DNA of 64,000 bases, from assembly GCA_045536935.1 (NCBI GenBank), contig JAZSOO010000005.1:2804-66803 (forward strand), in the 5' to 3' direction. The first letter of the stretch is position 1. Each line of letters begins with the position of its first letter. The translations under genes were made by a program, and so were the position numbers. This DNA comes from Eubacteriales bacterium (lineage in GTDB: Bacteria > Bacillota > Clostridia > Oscillospirales > CAG-382). Positions 56,572 through 63,999 of the stretch are shown piece after piece. The notes under the pieces were generated by a model that was given only the letters and a program-made list of their open reading frames with translations, searched no databases and was not told the DNA's origin.

Positions 56572-57815
56572 GCTATCTGCTCCGTTCTTTTTGCTAAAAT
56601 GTATTCCGCTTCCGCATCGGGCGTTTCCATATCGGGAACGGTTACGTCGGCGGTCGATCTATAGATATTAATTCTTTCGTTATATAGCTTTATGAGCTTA
56701 TCTTCGGTATTTGAAAGCGGTCTGTCAATTGTTGCACAAAGCCTTGACGGTCGTGCATCGATGAAGAACAGCTTGCCGTTGCGTTTTAGGCTTCTGACGT
56801 TTTCTTCTCTTAAAACCGCACCGCCGCCCGTGGATATGACCTTGCAGTTTTTTGAGGATACGTCACGGATGACCTCGGTTTCTAAATTTCGGAAGTAGGT
56901 TTCGCCTTTTGTTTCAATAAGCTCTTTTATACTGCATCCGCAACGCTTTTCTATTTCGGTATCGGTGTCGATAAACTCAAATCCGTCAAGATTTAAAAGC
57001 TTGCCCACCGTGCTTTTTCCGCTTCCGGGCATTCCGGTAAGTACTATATTCTCCTTTGATGCAAGAACCGATGCAAACACCTTGTCGGCAACGGTCTTTT
57101 CGATTTTGGTATCGAGAAATCTCTCTACCGCAACCACCGCCTGCATTACGAGCATATAAAGTCCGCCTTCTGCCTTGATCCCTCTTGCCTTTGCATCTAA
57201 AACAAGATTTGTGCAGAGGGGGTTATAAACCACGTCGATTACGCCCTCGAGGAGAGAAAACGAAGAAATATCTATAGGCTTCGATTCGCAATCGGGATAC
57301 ATTCCCGACGGTGTGGTATTTATGATAACGTTGGCATCGGAATGCAACGTTACGGCTTCTTCATAGGTTATATGTTCGTCGGTCTTTCGTCTGCTGACCG
57401 TTAATATCTGCGAAGCACCCATATCGGTTGCAACGACAAAAGCCGTTTTGCTTGTTCCGCCCGTACCGAGAATGAGAACCTTTTTATCTTTAAGGTCGAT
57501 ACCCACCCTCTCGATGAGAGCCTTCATTCCGTAATAATCGGTATTATAACCGTAAAGACTGCCGTTACGGTTTACTACGGTGTTAACTGCTCCGATACGC
57601 TTTGCGATGTCACTTACCGAATTTAGATACGGTATGACCGTCTGCTTATAAGGAATGGTCACGTTTATTGCTTCAAATTCCTTTTTCTCAAAGAACGGCT
57701 GTATTTCTTCCTCTGCAAGCTCGATAAGCTCGTATTTATAATCGGCAAGCTGAGAATGAATTTCCTTTGAAAAGCTATGAGTGAGCTTCTTGCCGATACA
57801 TCCGTATTTTTTCAT
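56568..57815 (-). CDS. bifunctional shikimate dehydrogenase / shikimate kinase fusion
   Basis: The N-terminal ~265 aa are AroE-like (SFSKEIH, LGTGGTSK). The C-terminal ~150 aa are AroK-like with P-loop GMPGSGKSTVGK. Confidence 0.88.
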   Translation of the reverse strand: MKKYGCIGKKLTHSFSKEIHSQLADYKYELIELAEEEIQPFFEKKEFEAINVTIPYKQTVIPYLNSVSDIAKRIGAVNTVVNRNGSLYGYNTDYYGMKALIERVGIDLKDKKVLILGTGGTSKTAFVVATDMGASQILTVSRRKTDEHITYEEAVTLHSDANVIINTTPSGMYPDCESKPIDISSFSLLEGVIDVVYNPLCTNLVLDAKARGIKAEGGLYMLVMQAVVAVERFLDTKIEKTVADKVFASVLASKENIVLTGMPGSGKSTVGKLLNLDGFEFIDTDTEIEKRCGCSIKELIETKGETYFRNLETEVIRDVSSKNCKVISTGGGAVLREENVRSLKRNGKLFFIDARPSRLCATIDRPLSNTEDKLIKLYNERINIYRSTADVTVPDMETPDAEAEYILAKRTEQIA

Positions 57816-57816
57816 T

Positions 57817-58905
57817 TTATTTCATCCAATCCGTGCCGAATCTCATTGAAAGCATATCGCACATTACAATTGCAGAGGCAGCATCCTGCACCACTCTTGC
57901 TCTGTGTACGATTGCGGGGTCGTGTCTTCCCTTTCCTTCTATGGTAGTTTCGGTCATTGTTTTGAAATCTATCGTAGATTGCGGTTTGAATATCGTAGGT
58001 GTCGGTTTGATTGCGGTACGGAAGATTATGGGCATACCGTTGGTGATGCCTCCGTTGATACCGCCGTTATTGTTGGTTGTTGTGATGACCTTACCGTTAT
58101 TCATACGCATAGGGTCGTTTGCTATACTGCCACGCATATCGGCAATCGCAAAGCCTGCGCCGAATTCGATTCCCTTCACCGCAGGGATAGAAAACATCAT
58201 ATGCGAAAGCATACCTTCTACAGAATCGAACCAAGGCTCGCCAACGCCTTCGGGTACACCGATGATTGCGGTTTCGAGGATACCGCCCACGCTGTCGCCG
58301 TTGGAGGAAGCTTTGACGATAGCTTCTTTCATTTTTTCTCCGATATTATCGTCAAGCACCGCAAAGGTTTTTGCGTTTACCGTGTTTATATCTGCCGACA
58401 AATCATTAAATTCCCTATCCGAAACACCTGCACATTTTTTAACGTGTGTTCCGATATAGATTCCCTTTTGCTCCAACGCATATTTACATATTGCACCTGC
58501 GGCGACAAGTGCGGCAGTTATTCTTCCGCTGAAATGTCCTCCTCCACGTGAATCCTGATAGCCGTGATATTTACATTCTGCGGTATAGTCTGCATGGGAC
58601 GGACGGGCAACGGTTTTCATTTCCGAGTAATCGCCGCTTTTGACGTTTTCGTTGGGGATAAGGATAGTTATGGGTGTTCCTGTGGTTTTATTGTTTATCA
58701 CACCGCTGACGATCTTATATTCGTCTTTTTCTTGTCTTGGCGTAGATATATCTCCGTTGGGACGGCGAAGTGTGAGAAGATGGGCGATATAGTCGTGGTT
58801 GATTTCTATTCCGGGCGCAATTCCGTCGATGACCGCACCGATATATTCTCCGTGGCTTTCTCCGAACAAAGTTACTGCTACGCTGTTTCCGAACGTATTT
58901 TTCAT
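57817..58905 (-). CDS. aroC: chorismate synthase
   Basis: GESHG, RPSHAD and GRHDP motifs. Confidence 0.95.
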   Translation of the reverse strand: MKNTFGNSVAVTLFGESHGEYIGAVIDGIAPGIEINHDYIAHLLTLRRPNGDISTPRQEKDEYKIVSGVINNKTTGTPITILIPNENVKSGDYSEMKTVARPSHADYTAECKYHGYQDSRGGGHFSGRITAALVAAGAICKYALEQKGIYIGTHVKKCAGVSDREFNDLSADINTVNAKTFAVLDDNIGEKMKEAIVKASSNGDSVGGILETAIIGVPEGVGEPWFDSVEGMLSHMMFSIPAVKGIEFGAGFAIADMRGSIANDPMRMNNGKVITTTNNNGGINGGITNGMPIIFRTAIKPTPTIFKPQSTIDFKTMTETTIEGKGRHDPAIVHRARVVQDAASAIVMCDMLSMRFGTDWMK

Positions 58906-59924
58906 TCTGATAACCCTTCCAAAACTTTTTTTGCCGTTTCGATCACTTCAAGGCATCCTGTTGTTTTCATTTCAAAACTACCTATTTCGTTTACCGTTGT
59001 TACGGTCACGCTATCGCCGTTTGCCTTCTTATCATGGAATGCGGCTTTTGTGATCTTATCCCAATCGTAATTTATTTTACGATATAAATTGCACTTTTTC
59101 AAGACCTTGATCACTCTCGGTCGAATTGCTTCTCCGCACATAGGAAGCATTCCGAGCGCAACGCATTCTCCGTGATAGAGCTCGCTCATTCCCTCACTGC
59201 TCTCTATACCGTGTCCTACGGTATGGCCGAAGTTGAGTATCTTGCGAAGTCCAGATTCCTTTTCATCCTGCTCGACCACATCTTTTTTGATTTTGAGCGA
59301 ACGAACGATTATTTCATCTATATTGTCCTCAATATCCTTATTTTCGAAAATGCCAAAAAGCTCTTTATCGGAGGTAAGCGCCATTTTGACAGCTTCGGCA
59401 AGGCCGTTTGAGAGCTGTCTTTCGGGAAGAGTTTTCAAAAGATCGGGGTCGATAAGAACCTTTTTGGGTTGATAGAACGCACCCACGATATTTTTAACTC
59501 CGCCGAAATTAATTGCGGTCTTTCCGCCTATCGAGGAATCTATTTGAGAAAGAAGCGTTGTGGGTATATTGTAAAAATCTATACCACGCATATATGCAGA
59601 TGCCGCAAATCCCGAAATATCTCCGACAACACCGCCGCCGATTGCAACAACACAATCCTTGCGTGAAAAGCCGTTATCAAGCATAGTTTGAAGCAGTTTT
59701 CCGAACGTTTCCATACTTTTTGATGCTTCGCCCTGCTCTATTTTGCAGATAACGGCATTTTTACTTTGTTCTGCAACCGTCACGGCATATTCCTCGGGAA
59801 CGCCCGAATCGGTTACTATAAGTACGTTTCTATTTAAATTTAATTGTGTTTTTGCATTTGAAAGGATACCTCTTTCTACGATTATGTCGTAGCTATCCTC
59901 GCCCAAATTCATACGAATCGTCAT
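58902..59924 (-). CDS. aroB: 3-dehydroquinate synthase
   Basis: GGGVVGD.GFAAS and PTTLLSQIDSSIGGKT motifs. Confidence 0.93.
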   Translation of the reverse strand: MTIRMNLGEDSYDIIVERGILSNAKTQLNLNRNVLIVTDSGVPEEYAVTVAEQSKNAVICKIEQGEASKSMETFGKLLQTMLDNGFSRKDCVVAIGGGVVGDISGFAASAYMRGIDFYNIPTTLLSQIDSSIGGKTAINFGGVKNIVGAFYQPKKVLIDPDLLKTLPERQLSNGLAEAVKMALTSDKELFGIFENKDIEDNIDEIIVRSLKIKKDVVEQDEKESGLRKILNFGHTVGHGIESSEGMSELYHGECVALGMLPMCGEAIRPRVIKVLKKCNLYRKINYDWDKITKAAFHDKKANGDSVTVTTVNEIGSFEMKTTGCLEVIETAKKVLEGLSE

Positions 59925-59932
59925 TTTTTCAC

Positions 59933-61021
59933 CTATATTTCGGTATGAGGTGCGAAAGCACCTGCTACTTTAACTATATCACAGACCTTATTTAAATCTT
60001 CAAGCATTTTTTGTCCGTTGTCGCTGTTAACCGTGCCGTCGATCTCAATATAGAAATAGTACTGCCAAGAATGTTTTTTCATCGGTCTGCTGCGTAATGC
60101 TGTCATATTGTATCCGTATTGACCGATTATGCTGACCGCATTCGCAAGCGAACCTGCTTCGTGCTTGACCGTCAACATCAAAACAGTGTTTGAAAGTGTT
60201 GAGTCTTTTGCACTCACTTTTGAAAGAACCGCAAATCGTGTTGTATTTTCTCCGCTTTTGTTGATATTTGCTTCAAGCACCTTCAAACCGAAGATCTCTG
60301 CAGTCTCCATACTTGCAATTGCACCGAGAGATCTATCGTTTGCCTCTGCAACAGTTTTTGCGGCAAGAGCAGTATTGTTGGACTCTTCAGCTTCAAACCC
60401 ACGCATTTCAATATAATCGTGACACTGGCTTAGTGCCTGCGGATGACTTGTTACCTTTTTAATATCTTCTACCGTCGCACCTTGAACGCCAAGAAGATTT
60501 TGGTGGATCTCCAGCTCGTATATTCCGTTAATGAAAAGCTCGCCCGAGAAGATAAGGTCCATCGTCTGCCCTACTTCGCCTGCATAGCTGTTTTCAATGG
60601 GGAGCACCGCTACGTCGCTTTCACCCTTGACGACAGAATCGTAAGCCGCCTTGAAATCACCGTAGGAAACACGGTTTCCGTTTGGGAATATCCGTCCTGC
60701 GGCAATATGTGCAAAAGCTCCCTCCACACCGCTGTAAGCGACCTTCAAACCGTTTTGCAAACGGTGTTGATATGCACGGGAAATGGACATTATATTTTTG
60801 AGAAAATCGATATAATATCCCTTTAATATTTCATCTTCGACGTATGCGGAATTCCGCTCTATGACTTCTTTTTCACGTTTTTCGTCGAGAATCGGAAGTC
60901 CGTATTCCTTTTTATGCTCATAGACCGTTTCGGCGGCTTTCATACGTTCAACAAACAGCTTCGCCATTTGCTCGTCCACCGAATTTATGATCTTTCTTGC
61001 TTCTTCCAATTTATTTGACAT
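59933..61021 (-). CDS. pheA: bifunctional chorismate mutase / prephenate dehydratase (P-protein)
   Basis: An N-terminal CM helix region (ARKIINSVDEQMAKLFVERM), then a PDT domain (VAYSGVEGAFAHIAA) and an ACT domain. The ATG at 61021 lies 6 nt after AGGTG. Confidence 0.88.
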   Translation of the reverse strand: MSNKLEEARKIINSVDEQMAKLFVERMKAAETVYEHKKEYGLPILDEKREKEVIERNSAYVEDEILKGYYIDFLKNIMSISRAYQHRLQNGLKVAYSGVEGAFAHIAAGRIFPNGNRVSYGDFKAAYDSVVKGESDVAVLPIENSYAGEVGQTMDLIFSGELFINGIYELEIHQNLLGVQGATVEDIKKVTSHPQALSQCHDYIEMRGFEAEESNNTALAAKTVAEANDRSLGAIASMETAEIFGLKVLEANINKSGENTTRFAVLSKVSAKDSTLSNTVLMLTVKHEAGSLANAVSIIGQYGYNMTALRSRPMKKHSWQYYFYIEIDGTVNSDNGQKMLEDLNKVCDIVKVAGAFAPHTEI

Positions 61022-61032
61022 TCTTTTCACCT

Positions 61033-62061
61033 TTAAAGCTTTTCTGCGATATCGAAAATAAGTCTTTCTGTCTTTTCCCAGCCAAGGCAGGGGTCGGTGA
61101 TGGATTTACCAAAGATATGTTCTTCTGCCTTGCAAGCGCCGTCTTCAAGATAGCTTTCGATCATCAAGCCTTTGACAAGACGTTTGATATCCGCATTTTG
61201 ATTACGGCTGTGAACGATATCCTTTGCGATACGGACCTGTTCGAGATATTTCTTGCCCGAATTGTTGTGGTTTGTATCAACGATAACCGAAGGATTTGTA
61301 AGGTTGGATCTTTCGTAAAGCTCTTCAACTCTGAGCAAGTCTTCGTAATGATAGTTAGATATGCTTCTGCCTGCATAGTCGAGGTAACCACGCAAAATTG
61401 CGTGTGCATAGGGGTTGCCGTCGCTGGTGACTTCCCAACCACGGTAGATGAAGGTATGGCTTGACTGTGCGGCTACGATGGAGTTCATCATAACGCTTAG
61501 GTCACCGCCGGTGGGGTTCTTCATACCAACGGGTGCGCCTATACCGCTTGCGGTAAGTCTATGCTGTTGGTTTTCGACCGAACGTGCGCCGATGGCAACG
61601 TAGGAAAGCAGATCGGAAAGGTAACGGTAATTTTCGGGATACAGCATTTCGTCGGCACAGGAAAAATCATAATCACGAAGTGCCGCCAAATGAAGCTCAC
61701 GAATGGCTACAATACCTTTATACATATCGGGTTTTGCTTCAGGGTCGGGTTGATGAAGCATACCCTTATATCCCTGTCCCGTGGTTCTCGGCTTGTTAGT
61801 ATAGATACGGGGGATAATGATTATCTTATCGGATACCTGCTCTTCGATTCTGCGAAGGCGTGATATATATTCAAGCACGGGTTCGCTATGGTCTGCAGAG
61901 CAGGGTCCTACCACGAGTATAAATTTATCTAAACTGCCGTCAAACACCGCACGTATACTTGCGTCACGTTCTGCCTTGACCTGCTCCATACGCTCGGTTA
62001 GCGGATATTCTTTTTTGACTTCTTTGGGAATGGGGAGTTTTCTGTGGAAATTCATTTGCAT
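61033..62061 (-). CDS. 3-deoxy-7-phosphoheptulonate (DAHP) synthase, class I
   Basis: VVGPCS...PRIYTNKPRTTGQGYKGM motifs. The ATG at 62061 lies 9 nt after AAGAGG, and the longer listed N-terminus runs into the leader terminator. Confidence 0.88.
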   Translation of the reverse strand: MQMNFHRKLPIPKEVKKEYPLTERMEQVKAERDASIRAVFDGSLDKFILVVGPCSADHSEPVLEYISRLRRIEEQVSDKIIIIPRIYTNKPRTTGQGYKGMLHQPDPEAKPDMYKGIVAIRELHLAALRDYDFSCADEMLYPENYRYLSDLLSYVAIGARSVENQQHRLTASGIGAPVGMKNPTGGDLSVMMNSIVAAQSSHTFIYRGWEVTSDGNPYAHAILRGYLDYAGRSISNYHYEDLLRVEELYERSNLTNPSVIVDTNHNNSGKKYLEQVRIAKDIVHSRNQNADIKRLVKGLMIESYLEDGACKAEEHIFGKSITDPCLGWEKTERLIFDIAEKL

Positions 62062-62095
62062 GATCTTGTACCTCTTTTTATGCAGGATCGCTTTG

Positions 62096-62146
62096 AAAAA
62101 TAAAAAATCCGCACCAATATGCCTTAAAAGCATAACGAATGCGGAC
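62096..62146 (-). terminator. attenuator terminator in the aro operon leader
   Basis: On the minus strand, a long imperfect hairpin TCCGCATTCGTTATGC-ttttaag-GCATATTGGTGCGGA followed by TTTTTTATTTTT, 35 nt before the DAHP synthase RBS. Confidence 0.7.
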
Positions 62147-62172
62147 TGACCGTTTTATTTACCTCAAAGCGT

Positions 62173-62244
62173 TTATGCTTTGGTAATCACATAAGACAGG
62201 CAGCCCTTTTTAAAATAATAAAAGTAAAACTTGTTGTTCATCAT
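62173..62244 (-). CDS. candidate aro leader peptide MMNNKFYFYYFKKGCLSYVITKA (23 aa)
   Basis: ATG at 62244, 8 nt after AAAGGAGG. Codons 6-11 are TTT TAC TTT TAT TAT TTT. The stop codon lies inside the segment that can pair with the terminator 5' arm. Confidence 0.6.
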   Translation of the reverse strand: MMNNKFYFYYFKKGCLSYVITKA

Positions 62245-62277
62245 TTTAACTGCCTCCTTTGTGATTTATTGTTGAGC

Positions 62278-62306
62278 ATTATATCACGTTAAAATAGTAA
62301 AGTCAA
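62278..62306 (-). promoter_or_regulatory. promoter of the aro operon
   Basis: On the minus strand, TTGACT (62306-62301), a 17-nt spacer, then TATAAT (62283-62278). Confidence 0.65.
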
Positions 62307-62434
62307 GAGATTTTTTTAACAAATATCTTTTTTATTGAATTGACGAGGGGGATTGTATGAAAAATACGACAAGGTTGAATGGCTTAACTGATGGGTTCTC
62401 GATATAAGTGTAAAGAATTGGTACGGGATAGACA

Positions 62435-62472
62435 AAGAAGGAGTTTCAAATGACGAAACTCCTTCTTTTTTA
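62435..62472. terminator. strong hairpin terminator (T-run on the plus strand; also directly downstream of the minus-strand hypothetical gene)
   Basis: AAGAAGGAGTTTC-aaatgac-GAAACTCCTTCTT followed by TTTTTAT. Confidence 0.7.
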
Positions 62473-62473
62473 T

Positions 62474-63121
62474 TCAGTTTGTAATGATAGAATAATTACA
62501 ATTCTCACATTGTGAGTTCGATTGAGCATTCAACAAACCACAAACAGGGCAGGCAACCTTTTCCTTTTTGTCTTCCGGAATCTTCACATAAATATCGGTG
62601 CCATATAAGTGAAAGACACGGTCGCCCTGCTTGAAAATTTCATCATAATTATTATCGTTTGACGGCGGTGCAGAACTTATTGTTCTTTTAAGATTCTTGC
62701 CATCGGCAGTCTTAATGGAAATCTCCATCGTAATTATAGAATAAAAACCTCTGTATGATGCAGTTTTGGAATTCACCGTCGATTGTCTTTTGCCTGTCGC
62801 TCTGCTATTGTATCCGGTGGTTACGGTTACCTTTTCAATAGTACCAAAAAAGGTTCTATCGATAAGTTTCATCGGCACACCCGTGATAAAGCATATAATA
62901 AATACTAGTGCGATACATATAAATTCTTTTATACGATACAAAGAATCTTCAGGATCAAAAACTTGATCGCCGAATAATATCAAACCAGCAAAGAGAATAG
63001 CCAATAAAATAATCCAAGAGCATAACCTAACCAATAAATATTTTCTTGCATATTTCTTTAAATCATCAGGAATATAATTATTCATTTCGATACCACATTT
63101 CTTATTTGTAAGGTTTGTCAT
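62474..63121 (-). CDS. hypothetical membrane protein with a C-terminal zinc-ribbon (CPVCG...CENC)
   Basis: ORF 62474..63145. The first listed ATG lies inside the -10 box of its own promoter, so the start is more likely 63121 or 63085. It has two TM segments and a CxxC...CxxC tail. Confidence 0.5.
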   Translation of the reverse strand: MTNLTNKKCGIEMNNYIPDDLKKYARKYLLVRLCSWIILLAILFAGLILFGDQVFDPEDSLYRIKEFICIALVFIICFITGVPMKLIDRTFFGTIEKVTVTTGYNSRATGKRQSTVNSKTASYRGFYSIITMEISIKTADGKNLKRTISSAPPSNDNNYDEIFKQGDRVFHLYGTDIYVKIPEDKKEKVACPVCGLLNAQSNSQCENCNYSIITN

Positions 63122-63136
63122 CTTTCGTACAAAAAC

Positions 63137-63165
63137 ATTATACAACTGTTTCCATTACTTTTCAA
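63137..63165 (-). promoter_or_regulatory. consensus promoter (extended -10) of the hypothetical gene
   Basis: On the minus strand, TTGAAA (63165-63160), a 17-nt spacer, then TG-TATAAT (63144-63137). Confidence 0.6.
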
Positions 63166-63204
63166 TAGAGAAATCCTGTACGTAAAATCAAGCAAAAAAT
63201 TTTT

Positions 63205-63372
63205 ATGAAGTATCGGCTAACGCCGATGTGAAGTTATGCCCACGGCATAGTAAAGTATTGCGCTATCACGCAAAATGAAGTTAAGTGCGCCCTAATTTCC
63301 GCAGAAAGTTCACTGTCCGCAGGACAACTTAACTTGCGAAGCAAACTTCATGCGCCGAAAGACGCACTTAGT
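63205..63372 (+). repeat. composite hairpin / 7-mer repeat element, copy R2a
   Basis: GTGAAGT-type 7-mers at 63205, 63228, 63250 and 63275. ACTTCAC-type 7-mers at 63307, 63327, 63345 and 63366. Short hairpins sit between them. Confidence 0.8.
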
Positions 63373-63373
63373 T

Positions 63374-63406
63374 GAAAAAAGCACTTCTTTCGAAGTGCTT
63401 TTTTTC
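63374..63406. terminator. terminator-like hairpin attached to R2a
   Basis: GAAAAAAGCACTTC-tttc-GAAGTGCTTTTTTT. Confidence 0.65.
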
Positions 63407-63452
63407 TTGGCTTACACTACAAAAATAGAAACCGCTAAAAGGCTTGATTTTA

Positions 63453-63619
63453 GTGAAGTATCAGCTGTGCCGATGTGAAGTTATGGCTTGCGCCATAGTG
63501 AAGTTTTGTGCTTCGCACAAAGTGAAGTTAAGTGCGCCCTGATTTCCGCAGAAACTTCACTGTCCACAGGACAACTTAACTTGCGAAGCAAACTTCACAC
63601 GCCGAAAGACGCACTTAGT
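63453..63619 (+). repeat. composite hairpin / 7-mer repeat element, copy R2b
   Basis: GTGAAGT at 63453, 63475, 63498 and 63522. ACTTCAC, ACTTAAC, ACTTCAC and ACTTAGT at 63554, 63574, 63592 and 63613. The right half is nearly identical to R2a. Confidence 0.85.
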
Positions 63620-63620
63620 T

Positions 63621-63652
63621 GAAAAAAGCACTTCGAAAGAAGTGCTTTTTTC
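63621..63652. terminator. terminator-like hairpin attached to R2b
   Basis: GAAAAAAGCACTTC-gaaa-GAAGTGCTTTTTTC. Confidence 0.65.
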
Positions 63653-63751
63653 TGGCAGGGGCACTAGGACTTGCCCGACTGCGGTCGGAGCGGTGCGCGA
63701 TCTGACAGTCCCCCGGACTGTCATTCAACATGCGCCCTTCAAGTCCTAGCC
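63653..63751 (-). other. tRNA-Trp 3'-end duplicate heading a ~100-nt structured fragment (not a complete tRNA)
   Basis: The first 21 nt (TGGCAGGGGCACTAGGACTTG) are identical to 63810-63830, the 3' end of tRNA-Trp. The rest folds into a 10-bp closing stem (63664-63673 with 63740-63749) and two inner hairpins. There is no 5' acceptor strand and no anticodon arm. Confidence 0.6.
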
Positions 63752-63770
63752 AAAAACACCCAAACTTCAA

Positions 63771-63809
63771 CAAAAAATAACGGAGAGGAAACATCCTCTC
63801 CGTTATTTT
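63771..63809. terminator. terminator after tRNA-Trp
   Basis: AAAATAACGGAGAGG-aaacat-CCTCTCCGTTATTTTT. Confidence 0.75.
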
Positions 63810-63885
63810 TGGCAGGGGCACTAGGACTTGAACCCAGGACCAACGGTTTTGGAGACCGCGACTCTACCAACTGAGCTATACCCCT
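63810..63885 (-). tRNA. tRNA-Trp (anticodon CCA), CCA encoded
   Basis: Hand-folded on the minus strand as AGGGGTA-TA-GCTC-AGTTGGTA-GAGT-C-GCGGT-CTCCAAA-ACCGT-TGGTC-CTGGG-TTCAAGT-CCTAG-TGCCCCT-G-CCA. Confidence 0.9.
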
Positions 63886-63923
63886 ATATACAAAAACATT
63901 GAATAGATATTCAATGTTTCTGT

Positions 63924-63999
63924 TGGTGCACCTTCGGGGACTCGAACCCAGGACCCACTGATTAAGAGTCAGTTGCTCTACCAACTGAGCTAAAGGTGC
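63924..63999 (-). tRNA. tRNA-Lys (anticodon CTT), CCA encoded
   Basis: Hand-folded on the minus strand as GCACCTT-TA-GCTC-AGTTGGTA-GAGC-A-ACTGA-CTCTTAA-TCAGT-GGGTC-CTGGG-TTCGAGT-CCCCG-AAGGTGC-A-CCA. There is one T-stem mismatch, and the gene ends one base before the window edge. Confidence 0.85.

Noticed and set aside
62062-62300. T-box leader upstream of the aro operon
   Set aside because: The leader is only ~210 nt and lacks a specifier loop/T-box sequence (AGGGUGGNACCGCG-like). A leader-peptide attenuator fits better.
63653-63751. A complete unusual tRNA (Sec/Pyl/long-variable-arm), tmRNA or SRP RNA
   Set aside because: No 5' acceptor strand is complementary to TGCCCCT, and there is no anticodon arm. 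The GACAGTCC-GG-GGACTGTC hairpin lacks the asymmetric loops and GGAA motif of SRP domain IV. There is no tmRNA tag ORF.
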